Assembly: GCA_028534125.1 (NCBI GenBank)
Contig: CM052824.1
Location: 61,256,001 to 61,320,000 of the forward strand
Length of the DNA stretch: 64,000 nt
From: Lama glama
Lineage: Eukaryota
Direction: 5' to 3'
The translations under genes and the position numbers were made by a program. Shown in pieces: positions 41,001-54,200 of the stretch (positions within the stretch are counted from its first letter, which is position 1; each line of letters opens with the position of its first letter). Under the pieces are notes generated by a model that was given only the letters and a program-made list of their open reading frames with translations, did no database searches and was not told the origin of the DNA.

Positions 41001-43779
41001 GGGTGATGGGGTGGGTGGGGGGCCAGCAGCCCCATCCACAGATGCGTGGGGTCAGGCACCCCAGGAAAAGTGGTCAGGGGAGGGTATGGGGGAGGGGGAG
41101 GGGTGGTGAGCAGGTCTGTGGCGTGAACGGAGGGTGGGGCCTGAGGGGGCCCCAGGCTGGCCGTGGTGGGTGCCCACAGAGGCCAGGCGCCAGGTGAAGG
41201 GTCTCATTCCAGCTCCTGAGGCTGTAAGGATGGCCCTCCGGGTGGGGATGGGAGGTGACCCCCTGGGCGACCCAGGAGTGGAAGGTCTCAGGAACGAGGA
41301 GGCTCATGGGATGGACCGCGATCCTTCAAGAGCCCCCTGTTTGCTCCGGCCTCTGCCAGGCCTGGAGGTAGCCTTTCATCTGCTCCCTGGACTCACAGTG
41401 GGAAAGGGATTTCAGCTCAGCCCAGAGCATCTTGATGAGGAAGAGAAACAGCCCAAGCCTCCCTTCAAGACCGTGGAACCAGAGTGCAAGCACAAAGGAA
41501 CAGTTAAATGCAACCTTGAAGTGAAGGTCTCTGAAGTTCCCCTGGGGGCCCTGTAGGGGGCTGGCACCCGGCCTGCTTTTTGTCTACCTGCAGCCACCTG
41601 CCGCATGCTCCCTGGGGCCCTGGATGCGAAAGTCAGCAGTCTCACGGTGTGGACAGGGTGTACGGGGGCAGGTGGAGGCCCCAGAGGACGGCTGGCCACC
41701 CCGTCAGACCCTGCAGATCGTGGGCTGGGACCCAGCCGGTGGGGGTGAGGGCCAGGCCTGGCGGATGGAGGCAGCCTGAGGGACAGGCTGTGGGAAGGCC
41801 TGGTGTGTGGCTGCTGCAGGCCGCGTCCTCCCAGCCCAGGGGCTGGACATTGCAGGCCTGCCCAAGATGACAGGGTCTGTGCTGATCCCTGGGAGGTGGG
41901 GAAGGTTGGGCCCAGCCAGTGGCTGAGGCATCTGCGGTGCCCCGGCAGGTGCCTGCCTAGCACCTGGAGTTGGGAGGCAGAAGGCAGGTGGCCTCCAGGG
42001 CCCCGGTGGGGTGAAGCACCACACACTGGGGGCTTCAAGCAACGGAAATGCAGCCTCGCACGTCTGGGGCAGCAGCTGAAATCGAGGGCTCAGCAGACTC
42101 CAAGACTCTGGGTGGACTCGGCTGGCAATCCTGGCATCGGGTGGCCGTATTGCTCCGAACTCTGCCCAGTGGCCGGGGCCTCCCCCACCCCGGGCCTCTG
42201 TCTTCTTCTCCTACAAGGACACCAGCCCCTCGCAGTAGGGCCCTGCCACCTCCGCTTACCTTTGTCACACCTGCCCAGACCCTGCTTCCCAATCAGGCCA
42301 CGTTCAAAGGTCTTGGCGGTTGGGACCTCAACTTGTCTTTTGGGGGACACATGGCAGCCCGTGGCAAGGCCCTTGATTACCGTGACCGCAGCCAAGCCTG
42401 GGCCCCACCTGGGTGGGTGGAGGCTGTGGATGGGGACACGCCCTAGGAGACCCACACACTGCAGCCCCTCGCATCCTGAGGCTGCAACCAGGGAGAACTG
42501 AGCAGCCGTGCAGGCCTGTCCAGAGGACCTGGGGCTGGCTGAGTCCGTGGCTTCAGGTGCCTGGCAGCGCCAGCTCTGCCTCCTGGCCTGCATCTACTGA
42601 GCGGCTAGGCTCAGCAGGTGGACAGGTGAAAGGCTCCTGGTCCCGGGTGAGTCTCACTCCTGGGGCAGCACAGACCCAGGGACATCCAGGCACACAGGGG
42701 AAGGCCAGGGAAGGCGAGACTACGGGGCAGGGGCGGTTGGTCGGTGATCTGAACTGGCCTCCCTGAGGGATGACATCTGAGTGAATAAGGGATGGGGAGG
42801 ACTGAGGTAGGGGACACATGAGATGGGCAGTGGGGGTGAGCAGGGGACGGGGAGGGCAGAGGAGGCTGCAGCCAGGAGCAGGGGTGAGGGGCCTGAGGGT
42901 GGGGAGGTGGTGGGGGACAGGCAGCAGGGCCAAGCACAGCCCAGGACATGATGGCTCGGGCCCCTGGGTGCCCTGCTCCCTCCTCCTGCTCTAAGTGCCA
43001 GGCTGGGCGGGCCCTGGCTTTCCTGCTGGCCCCCAGCAGCCCCACTGCTCAGAGCTGGGTTGGAGGTGAAGCAGGAGGCAGCATCCATCACCCCCACCCA
43101 GATGATGTCAGCATCCTGGGGGCTGCTGCGTTGTCCCCTCCCCATTTCCCTTGACCTGGACCTAGCAAGGTTCTTTGGGCACAGCTCCCTGCAGAGAACC
43201 AGACCCCTCAGGGTTGCGGCTCTTCCAACAGGAGGGATCTTTAAGCCTGAACATTTCGATTTTTGTCACGTGCACATGAAGCTGGGGTCCCGAGACCAGA
43301 ACTGTGGTGACACTCAGGGGGCAGGGAAGGGAGAACGTGGGGACGAGTCGGAGCTGGCCGTGCGCACAGGGACAGGAGGGGCAGCTGGGCAGCTGGTCTC
43401 CCAGCTCCAAGCTGCACACCAGCCTGCAAGGCGGGGCCCGGGGTGTACCTCTGGGCTCACTTGAGGGGAGCCTCCCCCCTTTCTGTCCCACCTCTCCTCT
43501 GGAAGCTACGTATGCTGGGTGAACCCCTGGCCCCCACTGCACCCAGATCCTGCACTGGTCCTGCCAACTCTGCCACACCAGGTGGACCCAGACTTTGGGG
43601 GGTTTGGGGGTTAGGGTTAGGGTAGATAGTGTGGCCCCAGCTGTGGCTGTGTGGTGACCCCAGCAGTGCAGTGACACAGAACCAAGCCCGCCCTCTCCAC
43701 CTGGGCTGTCCTGAGGGCACAGCCTCCTCCAGTCTCTCCGCCCTATGTTTCTATTCTATTGATTAGTGATGTAGTATCT

Positions 43780-44150
43780 GCTTTTAAACTAAGCCTTTAG
43801 TTTTGAGATAATTGTACGTTCACAAGCAGGCGTGAGACACTGCAGGGAGGTCCTGTGCGCCCCTCCCCCAGGCTTCCCCCAACCTACAGGACAGTATCAC
43901 AACCAGGCCCCGGACAGTCAGGACAAGTGCAGGACATTTCTACCCCCACAAGGAGCCACCCCCTCCCTCCTTGAGCCCTGGCAGCATAATCTGACCCTCA
44001 CCTCTGTGACCATCAGTCCAAGAACGTCACAGAAATAGAAAGACACGGCACATAAACTCCCGGGATTGTCCTGGGTCCTCGGCTGAGGCCTTGGACTCTC
44101 ACGTCTCCATCTGTGGGGGATGAAGGAGCTGTTTCCAGGGACGAGGGTGG
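43780..44150 (-). mobile_element. L1 3'-end fragment (L1MC-like)
   Basis: ttttgagataattgtacgttcaca...ccaggcttcccccaa...acagtatcacaaccagg...ccctggcagcataatctg resembles the antisense L1MC 3'UTR. Confidence 0.65.
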
Positions 44151-45563
44151 GTGCGTCATGCTGGTCCTCACACAGCCTGCGGTCTCTCCCCAAACCTGCT
44201 TTCTCCGCCAATCTTGGGGGCAGGGAAGGGCAGGACCAGTGTGCCCAGGAGGAGAGGGCCCCGCCCAGCTCCCTGTGGGCTGTGTGCCCCACGAGGTGAC
44301 CCCCGCCTGCTCTAGCTCTGATGGCTACTTAAGGAGAGAGACTGATTTGTCCTGTATCCTAAACTCCCCACTAGAAGCCGGTTCTGTGCTCTGACATCCC
44401 ATCTCCTGCGAGCCTGCCGTCTTCTGAACCCTGGGCTGCCTGGGCTCTGCCTCTCTGTCCACAGGCCACACACACCAGACAGCGTGGACCTTGTGGTGCA
44501 GGTGGGAGGTGCAGACCAGGAGGGCTGCCTGGGGGAGGGGCCATAGGAAGGGACAGTGCCAGGAAGCACGGAGGGTGAGGGTTTGGCACCCTGGCTGAGA
44601 GAATCTACCAGACAGGAACAGGGGCAGGAGCAGAGAGGCAGAGGCTGGAGGAGAGCAGACTCCACCCAGGCCAGCGGCAGGCTGGGCTCTGTGAAGGCCA
44701 CGTGCGGCCTGTCCACAGACTCCAGGACCACTGATAAGGGGTGGCCTTCGGTCCCTCTAGGAAGGGGCCCCACTTTCAGCTCCGAAGTGCTGTCTGAATC
44801 CTGACCTCGCGTCGACCGCAGGTGCGTGGTCAGCTTGGGGCACGTCTGTTGTTTTAAAACATTATGCTTTAGGCCGAACAATATGTCGTTTCTAATCCTG
44901 TTGGTCAAAAATGGTTGCACGTTGGCACTTTCACGTGGTTCAACTAAATGTTACAGCTCACGAGTGCCCAGCCCCTCCCCCAGACAGGTGCCTGGAATGT
45001 TAAGATTTTTACCAGGAGTCTCAGACACTGGTGCCATGTGTTCCATGGCACTCACTCTCTGGCAGGACTGGGTGCTGGGCAGGGATCTGAGCATCCACCC
45101 TTAGCTCGAATGTCGGCTCTGCCCTGGCCACCTTGGCCTCGGCAAATTGTGCCACGTCTCCCAGAGCCTTCCCCTGTTCTGAAAAGTGGACTCGTGCGCA
45201 CATCAGCTCCTCTGATGGTTTGAGGTTCAGACGAGATTTCCCAGGCAGATGGTCAATGGGAACTGGGTCCTGCTGTGGTCAGCATCCCTCAGGAACCTGT
45301 CCCTACCCAGGGGGGTGCAGGGCCCTGGTCTGCTTGCCCTGGTGTCTCCAAACCTGGATCCTCTACCGAGTCCTTGTCTTGCAGCGCGGTCAGTCCTGGC
45401 GCAAGGCTCACACTCACCTCATAATCAGGGCTGTCAGGTCTTGGGGCCTCTGCCTCAAGCCAGAAGAGTCACAAGCAGGTTACAAGCCACCCCTCTTCTT
45501 TCCAGCCCGAGGCCCCAAGATCTGGATATTCCGCTACATTTAGACAAAAATAACCAAACCTGC

Positions 45564-45901
45564 TGATGTGGGCTGACTGTTCCCCCAAATTCAGATGGAG
45601 GGAATTCGCCCAGACCCAGGGTGCGGTTGTGTCTGGATCAGGGACGGGTGGGGCTGCATGGTGGGATCAGTGTCCTGACAAGAAGGGACGTCAGAGAGCT
45701 TGCCCTGGCTCTCCCTGCACCATGAGCACAGCCGGATGGCGGCTGGTGCGCCTGGAAAGGCCCTCACCGGGCCCCGACCACACTGGCACCTTGCCCGCAG
45801 ACGCCCAGCGCCCAGAGCCACGAGAGAGACAGAGACAGACGTCTGCTGTTTAAGCCACCTGATCTGCAGTGTTGTCCCGGCCGCCCGAGCTGACCAAGAC
45901 A
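45564..45901 (+). mobile_element. MaLR solo LTR (MLT1A-like)
   Basis: Starts tg..tgggctgactgttcccccaaattca; contains ggccctcaccgg...cacactggcaccttg; ends tgctgtttaagccacc...cccgagctgaccaagaca. Confidence 0.75.
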
Positions 45902-46108
45902 CCACGGCCTGAGAAGGTACAAGAACGGCAGTGAATAGGGAAATCAGAAGCTTGTACCCTCTCGTTCCCACTGTCCCGGAACTGCAGACACACACATAAC
46001 GGTGGCACAGCCTGGTGACCCAGCCAGAAAGTCCAACTGGAGCCAGAGTGAAGGTGCATGCGCTCTCACACCGCTGGCCTGAGGGGCTCCTGATCATCCC
46101 AGAGCCAC

Positions 46109-46114
46109 TTTATT
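46109..46114 (-). terminator. Probable B3GALT6 polyadenylation signal
   Basis: AATAAA on the minus strand about 1.4 kb after the stop; ATTAAA also at 46151-46156. Confidence 0.65.
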
Positions 46115-47515
46115 TTACTTCTGTGATGACCACAGCACTCACTGTTCACGTTTAATGGGGGAAAAAAAGGCAGCCCCAACCTTCTGGGGACGTGCTAGGG
46201 TGCCATGAATGCCCTGTCTCCAAGGGGACATGCTGCAGCAACGCTGTCTCAAGGCAGACTTTGGGAAACCTTGTTAATACTTCCCAAGGTTCAATTTCCG
46301 GGACTGGGGCCCAGAGTCTAAAATAACAGACTAGCAAGTGAGAAACACTTACTCCATGTGGCCACAAGGAAGCTGTCAAGGAAAGTCTTTTCAGATACTG
46401 AGACAGTGAGATCGCCTTCAGTGCAAACAGGAGAGAAGCAGATGCTTTAAATGCTTGCATGTCTCAACACTTCAGCAGCCAGTGGTCTACAACTCAGGCT
46501 GTAAAAACATATTAAGCCACAAGTCCAAGTTCTGATAGAAAAGTTTTCTCTTAAATAATTTAAAACACATACAGACCTACGCACCCCCAACGTGAACTCT
46601 CATCATCACAAATTTACAAAGCTTGTGAATAAACTGCAGGTCAGTGCTGAGTTACGTGCACCATTCCACCCCAGGGCAGCACACAGACCGAAACGCCACG
46701 AATGCTGGTTCACACAAAGTGGAGCTAAATCCTAGACAGACGTGTGACAGCAATACCAACAGGAGACACAGGGTTGGCTGACTTGACCAAACAGAATGAC
46801 AGCCATCTCCAGTAAAGCCGGTGGGTCCAAGTGCCAGGGCCCTGGGTCAGTCTGCGGCAGTCACAGTTCTCAGCACAGACCGATTTCCTAGGGGGGTGGT
46901 CAGCACAATGGATGCAGGACATGACACTGTCCCACCACAGAAAGTGTCAAGAAATTCTTCTTTGGGGTCAGGTCCTGCAACTCCGGTCAGCTACAGCCTC
47001 TGGCTCCTTAGCCCTGACTCAGGAGAGGACAGTGAATGGACAGGTCTCCGTTGGGGCTGTCTGCTGGCGCTCCCACAGCCAGGCTGCTCCCTAATCCAGG
47101 CAATGTCCAAATGCAGGACAGGACCCTTCTACCAGGACATGACGCTAGCTCCGGCCTGCCCTAGGGGTCTCCCAGACCTGTGCTTGACTAGGCTGCCACG
47201 TATGGACATGGAGGCGGACTCCTGGGTGAAGACTGGAGCTGGGGCCTAGGAGTTATCCACCGCTGCTTGGCATCCACCCAAAGGCCCATGGCAGATGGGT
47301 AGCCCAGGTCCTCTAGAGGGCTGCCTTCATCCTCACAGCTAGCCAGAAGCTGTGGGCTTTGCCAGTGTAAGGCCGTGGGAGGCCATGTCAGCTGCTGCCC
47401 CACAGACCCCCCAGTGACTCTGTCCTGGCCTCCCCTGCACCCTCACATGCAGCAGGACTGCGTGCAGGCCGGGAGCCCTGCCATCCCGGGTGCGCGGGCC
47501 GGCTCAGGGCGGTGG

Positions 47516-48791
<1,276 letters not shown>

Positions 48792-50624
48792 GTGAGTGAG
48801 GGCCCCGGGAGGTGACGGCAGATGCCCGGCCCCGGGGCGGCGGGAAGGCGGAGCGCGGGCCGACGGGGGCTTCCGGCCTGGCCCCGGTATCCACACCGCC
48901 GGGCCCCTCGGATGCCGCTGTCGGGGGTCGGTGGAGCCGGTGTCGGCGACGTGCGCTCTGTGCCATCTGTACAGGGCGGGCCGCGGCCCCTCGTAGCCGG
49001 GTTTGGTGGAGGTCTGAAAGCGCGCGCAAGCCTGTGACAGCTGGTTCAGCCGGTGGCAGTCGTTAGAACGCCGTGTGCGACTCCTAAAGCCTGTGACGGA
49101 GCTTTTAGGAAACGCGTTTGCGCTTTTCGACGACAGCAGTCTTACTAGTTTCCCCAGAACGGACACCGAGGATGGCCGGGAAGTATTGCCTCCACTTAGG
49201 CTAGGAGTCCTAGGTGGGGTCCCATGTCAACAGGGCAGAGCCTGCTCTGAAATCCCACCAGGGGCAGGAAGCGGGCAACTGACCGAGGTCCACTGACCCA
49301 GGTCCTCAGCCGTGCTGCTCTGCGTGTGTTGCGAAGCTAAATAAACGTGAACGGAGAAAAGGGAGTTTGCTTGGCTTCGTGATATGTATTATTTTGGCGG
49401 AGCCTCCAACAGGCCTCCACGAGAGGAGTTACCAGTTGTCTTGGGGTTACTTCTTGTGCAAAGCATCGTGTAGATAACATTTCCTGCACTACCCAGCAAG
49501 AAGGTAAGTAGAATCGAGGATTGACTATTCTTTCAAAAAGCAAAGCACAGTCTGTTGGACATGAGACGTGTTTTTATGGCCACGGTCATGGGGTGGCATT
49601 GAGGCTGGGAGGAAGCTGTCCTGGTTTGCTCCAGGATTCGGGAACGTGCACACTGGGGTGGGGCAGAAACGCCCGGCTTTGTTCCCTCAGTTTTGTTGAG
49701 TGCTTGCTGTGTGGGGAGTGTGGCAGGTGCTGGCACGGTGCCCACAGAGGAGGACAAGTGGGAATTTCAGTAAAGGTGGTCCAGGGGATGGTTACGAGAG
49801 CATAGGTGGTGGGTTCTAGTGGGTGCGGGTAGGTTGCAGGCCCTCACGGACGTGGAAGGAGGGACATAAGGCAGCCCTTCGTGAGAGAGTTTCTCCCTCA
49901 AAGGAACAGGCCAGCTGAGCTGGGAGAACAGGGTTCGACAGGCCCAGAGGACCGACGTGTGATGGTGTCCATCTGCCAGGGGTGATGTGGGTCAGGGGCA
50001 GGCAGGGGAGGAAAGAGGCATCAAAAAAGCAAGTGATGGCCACCAGCCAGGGAGAGCCCTTGTCCTGGCCCCCGGTGTGGTGTGATGGCTGTGCTGCCGA
50101 CCAGCATGGGAGTCTGTTTTGCTTGTTGGAGGGCACTGTGGTTCTGGAATCCCTGGGCCTCAGTTTGGCTGCAGACAGCACCCTGACCTGGGGTGAGTGT
50201 TTCCAAGCCACCCTCTTCGGGCCCTGGGTGCCAGGGGCCTGCCAGAGGAGGTGGGGCCTCTGCGGACCTGACACGGCCAGCGGGTGTTTGCCAGGTGGAT
50301 AGGCTCCAACAGAAACATGTTAGGGAAGGAAGGAGCTGCACTTCCCTTTTCAGTGATCCGTAAAGTGTGAAGGTCTCTGAGAGGCCCCGTGGGGATTGGG
50401 GAGGAAACCTGGAGAAGGAGCCCCAGGGCTGGGCTGGGGTCGGGGGTGAGGGGAGGCAGGCTGGCCCAGGTGGGAGAGCGCATGTGGGAGAGGCTGGGTG
50501 GCCCAGGTCCCTGACGTGGACAGAGAGGGGCCTCTTTCTTTTACCGCCAGGCCCAGGCACACCCAGGGTGACAGACTTCCCGGGCATTCAGGCCTTCTCA
50601 GTGTTCCTGCACGAACATGAGCAA

Positions 50625-50760
50625 GGATGCGTGTCTGTGTACACGTGTAGGGGTGTGTGTACGTGTAAATACATGCCTGCATGTGTGCATATGTGTATGC
50701 ATGCACACGAGTGTGTGTGTGCATGCATGCACGTGCTGTGTCCGCTTGTGTGTGTGTGCA
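50625..50760. repeat. Degenerate (TG/CA)n purine-pyrimidine microsatellite; similar tracts at about 1408-1545, 5290-5430, 10838-10870 and 53945-54060
   Basis: gtgtgcatatgtgtatgcatgcacacgagtgtgtgtgtgcatgc. Confidence 0.8.
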
Positions 50761-51242
50761 CAGGGGGCTTGGAGATGGGGAGTAGGAGGGGTGGTGAGCG
50801 AGCTTGCTGGGGTCAGCTTCAATGCCAGGAGGGACGGAAGCAGACAGTACTTGGAACAGCCGCCGTGGGCCTTGGGAAGGGGCAGGGTTCGTGGTGCAGG
50901 GCGTGCCTTGAGATGGGGCACCATCGTCTGAGTAGGAGGGCGGGCGCTGGAGCAAGGAGAAGTGGCGTGCCCTGCGCGGGTCCTGGGCGCCAGGGACTCC
51001 TTTGTCTCCATGTGAAGTACCTGCTGGGGCAGCTCCATAAAGCGACAGCTGTGTCTGCTTTGTAGACGTTAACTCTGGTCGGGCTGCGGCAGCCTGGGGC
51101 TATTTAGGCTCACAGCTGCAGTGATGGCACCAAGCCTTCTGCCCACCTGGCAGTGGGCCTCACTGCCTCACTTGCCTCTCCCCTCTCTCCCCAGCTCCTG
51201 GCGACACTTGCAGGCTGTCCTGCAGCACAGACCTCGGCGGCC

Positions 51243-54200
51243 ATGGCGTCCAGGCCGGCTCCCCTCTGCGGCCTGGTTCCTTGCTGCCTCTGGCTCCTGG
51301 GGGTCTTCTTCCTGGTGGACGTGTCTGCCCGGCCTGCCAACCACTCATCTGCTAGAGAGAGAGCAGGTAACAGGGAGGAAAATGAGATCCTGCCCCCGGA
51401 CCACCTGAACGGGGTGAAGCTGGAGATGGACGGGCACCTGAACAAGGACTTCCACCAGGAGGTGTTCCTGGGGAAGGATACAAAGGGGTTCGAGGACGAT
51501 GCAGAGCCTCGGAGGAGCCGGAGGAAGCTGATGGTCATCTTCTCCAAGTAGGAATCGGGTGGGGGCTGCGGGGTGTGCGGGGCGGCTGGCATTGGTCGCC
51601 CTGTCGGTCCAGGCCCGGCTCCACGGAGCACAGAGATGACAGCCCTACTTGTGATATGTCGCGGAGGCAGTGCCGTGACAGCTGCTCTGGGAAAGTTTGC
51701 CACGTTTGAGCTGTGGAACGTGCAGCCTGTGCTGCGCCCTGTGTCAGGAGGGACTCGGAGAGCCTGGCTGCCCTGCAGTCCCCACGGCCTTGCAGCTTGG
51801 AGGGCTGTGGGCTGGCCTGGAGGAGCGCCCATCTCCAGCCAGGGCCCTGCTGGTCGTGGGGCTGTCGCAGCACCAGCCAGGCTGCCTGGCGGGCGGCCAG
51901 GACCTGGAGGTGCGCAGAGTCCGCAGGCCACGTGGTTGTGTAGCTGGTTAGGGCACGTGTGCCGTTGGCTCTGCTGGCGAGTCTGCCCGCTCCTGTGAAT
52001 GCGTACGTGGAGTCTACACTGTTTTGCTGACCTGGAGCCCAGGGCAGGTTGCAGCGGGTGGAGCAGGAAGCAGGGCCCACAGAGCAAGGGAGCTTGCGGC
52101 GGGCAGGCTGCCCTGTGCAGGTGGTGGGGAAGGCGTGGGTCTGGTCTGGGAGCACCGGGCAGAGGCCCTCCAGGTGGAGCCAGATGCTGACTGGGTCTGT
52201 CAGGCTGAGTGGTTCGCTCTCTGCACTGTTGAGGGCAAGTGAGGTACTAGCAGGCTGGCTGTGCTGCTCTCAAGGGCCCTGCCTCTGCCCCGGCTGGTGG
52301 GTCCCAGGCCCTCAGGGTACTGAAGATGTGGTGGCCTCCAGGGTCACCAGTCAGGCTGGGACTGGCGGCCGTCCATTCCAGGCAGGAGACTGGTTTCCTC
52401 CTGGGCAGGGCTGGGCACACAGAGGTCACGTGGCCTGAGCCATTGGCCTCAGCGTCCTTGTCTGTGATGTGGGGCCTGCGAGGCCTGCGTCCTGGGTATT
52501 GGGGAGAGTCAGGTCCTGGCCCACAGTGCTGGCTTCTCCAGGGGGGACGGGAGGGATAATGGTAGAGAACAGGTGGAGGGCTGGAGGGCGGTGCTGGAGG
52601 CGGGGACAGTGGATGCCCCGATGCACCCACCTGGCTGGCCTTCCTGGGTGCTCCCACTTTGCATTGAGAAACTGATGTTGGCAGTTGAAGCGACCAAAGC
52701 CTCGTGCACAGATCTCACTGTCCTGTGAAGTGAAATTTTCGTCTTGAGGGAACAGAGAGAAGGGCCACAGGGGCAGGTGGCTTCTGGGGGATCTGAAGGT
52801 GGTGAGGTGGGGGCCTGTCCTTGTCTCCGTAACGCCCGATGGGGCTCCCCGGGGTGGGTGTTGGCGGCAGCCCCTCCTGCATGGAGCCCTGGGTCCCTGG
52901 AATGCGGAGCTGGGAGCAGTGGAGCTGTCCTCGCCACCAGCTCTGGGGGTGGGATTGGGGTTCAGATGCTGAGTTCAGATCACTGGGGCTGCAGGACAGT
53001 GGCCCACCAGGGGCAGGGCGTCCCACTGGCCAGTGCACCCGAACTCGGGCCATGTCTGACCACGTTGTGCGTTTTTGTTGCACGTTCTGTGTTTGACAGG
53101 GTTGGAGTCGGGGAGTGTCTACTCCGTGTTCATTTTTTCACCCAGAAGTTGTCTACAGAGACTCCCACCTACAGCCGTCCCACCCTGCGGCGCTGCCACC
53201 GGCACATGGGGCCCCACATTTTTGCCGCACATCTGCTGCTCCTGCCCCCCTGCTCCCCGCCCAGAGCTGAGCAGTCGTGTGGTCTCAGCACCCAGCTTTG
53301 AGCAAATGAAAGTCACGCTGTCGTGGTGCTTCTTGTGCAGGGTGTTTGTTTTGGAATGATGTTCCATTTACAGGAAGGTTGCAGGCTGAGGCCCACGAGT
53401 CAGAGTTAAGATGGAACAGTGCTCTGTGACTGTTACCCACCCTCCAGGCTTCAGGTCCCTTGCTGCCCTGGGTCCCATCCGCGGCCCCAGTTTTCCATGA
53501 CGTGACAGTTGAGGAGGGTTGCTCAGGTGTTTTGTGGACTGTCCCTGATTTGGGATTTGTTGAATGTGTTTTCTCGTGTTTAGACAGGGTTTGTGGGTTT
53601 TTGGAAAGAAGAGCCCGGAGATGAGGTGGCTCTCTGGTCACCTCAGATTGGAGGTGCCTGATGCCCCCGTGACGTCATGGGGGTGTCAGCCTGGCCACTG
53701 GGAGCTCCCCAGCGCCCCCGCCCGCCTGTCGTTTGAGCCGGCCCTTCCTTTCTGGCACCGCCAGCTACTCCAGCTTCACTTCATCCTGTGTCTCTGCCTC
53801 AGCCTGGAATCACCGAGTTCTCGGGCGCTGGTTCATTTCACCAGAGAGCAGGGTTTGGAAACCAGGCCTGGGGCTGCGGGGGTGGGTGCTGCTGCTGGGG
53901 GTCTTGTTGCCTGTGGTCCTGTCTGTAGACAGAGCTTGATAACATACGCACATGTGCTGACCTAGGAGTACACGGGTGTGTGCCAGCCCACGCGTGCACG
54001 TGTGTTCCCGCCTGTGTCCACAGTGCGTACATAGGTGCACACACACCTGCCTGCACATACTGTCTAGTTGCCAGTATCTGTCAGTAAACTCGACTTTGCT
54101 CTGGTATCTGAACTCTGATCCTGCTACCAGGAGCTTGCTGGGCCTGTGTCCCAAGTGTCTGGGTCTGTGGGTTGATGTTCTGCAGCAAGGAGGGGAGGTG

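Noticed and set aside
41134-41556. ORF with a protein-like charged tail (EHLDEEEKQPKPPFKTVEPECKHKG)
   Set aside because: Non-ATG start, no recognisable family and no convincing splice structure; a tBLASTn or PhyloCSF check would settle it
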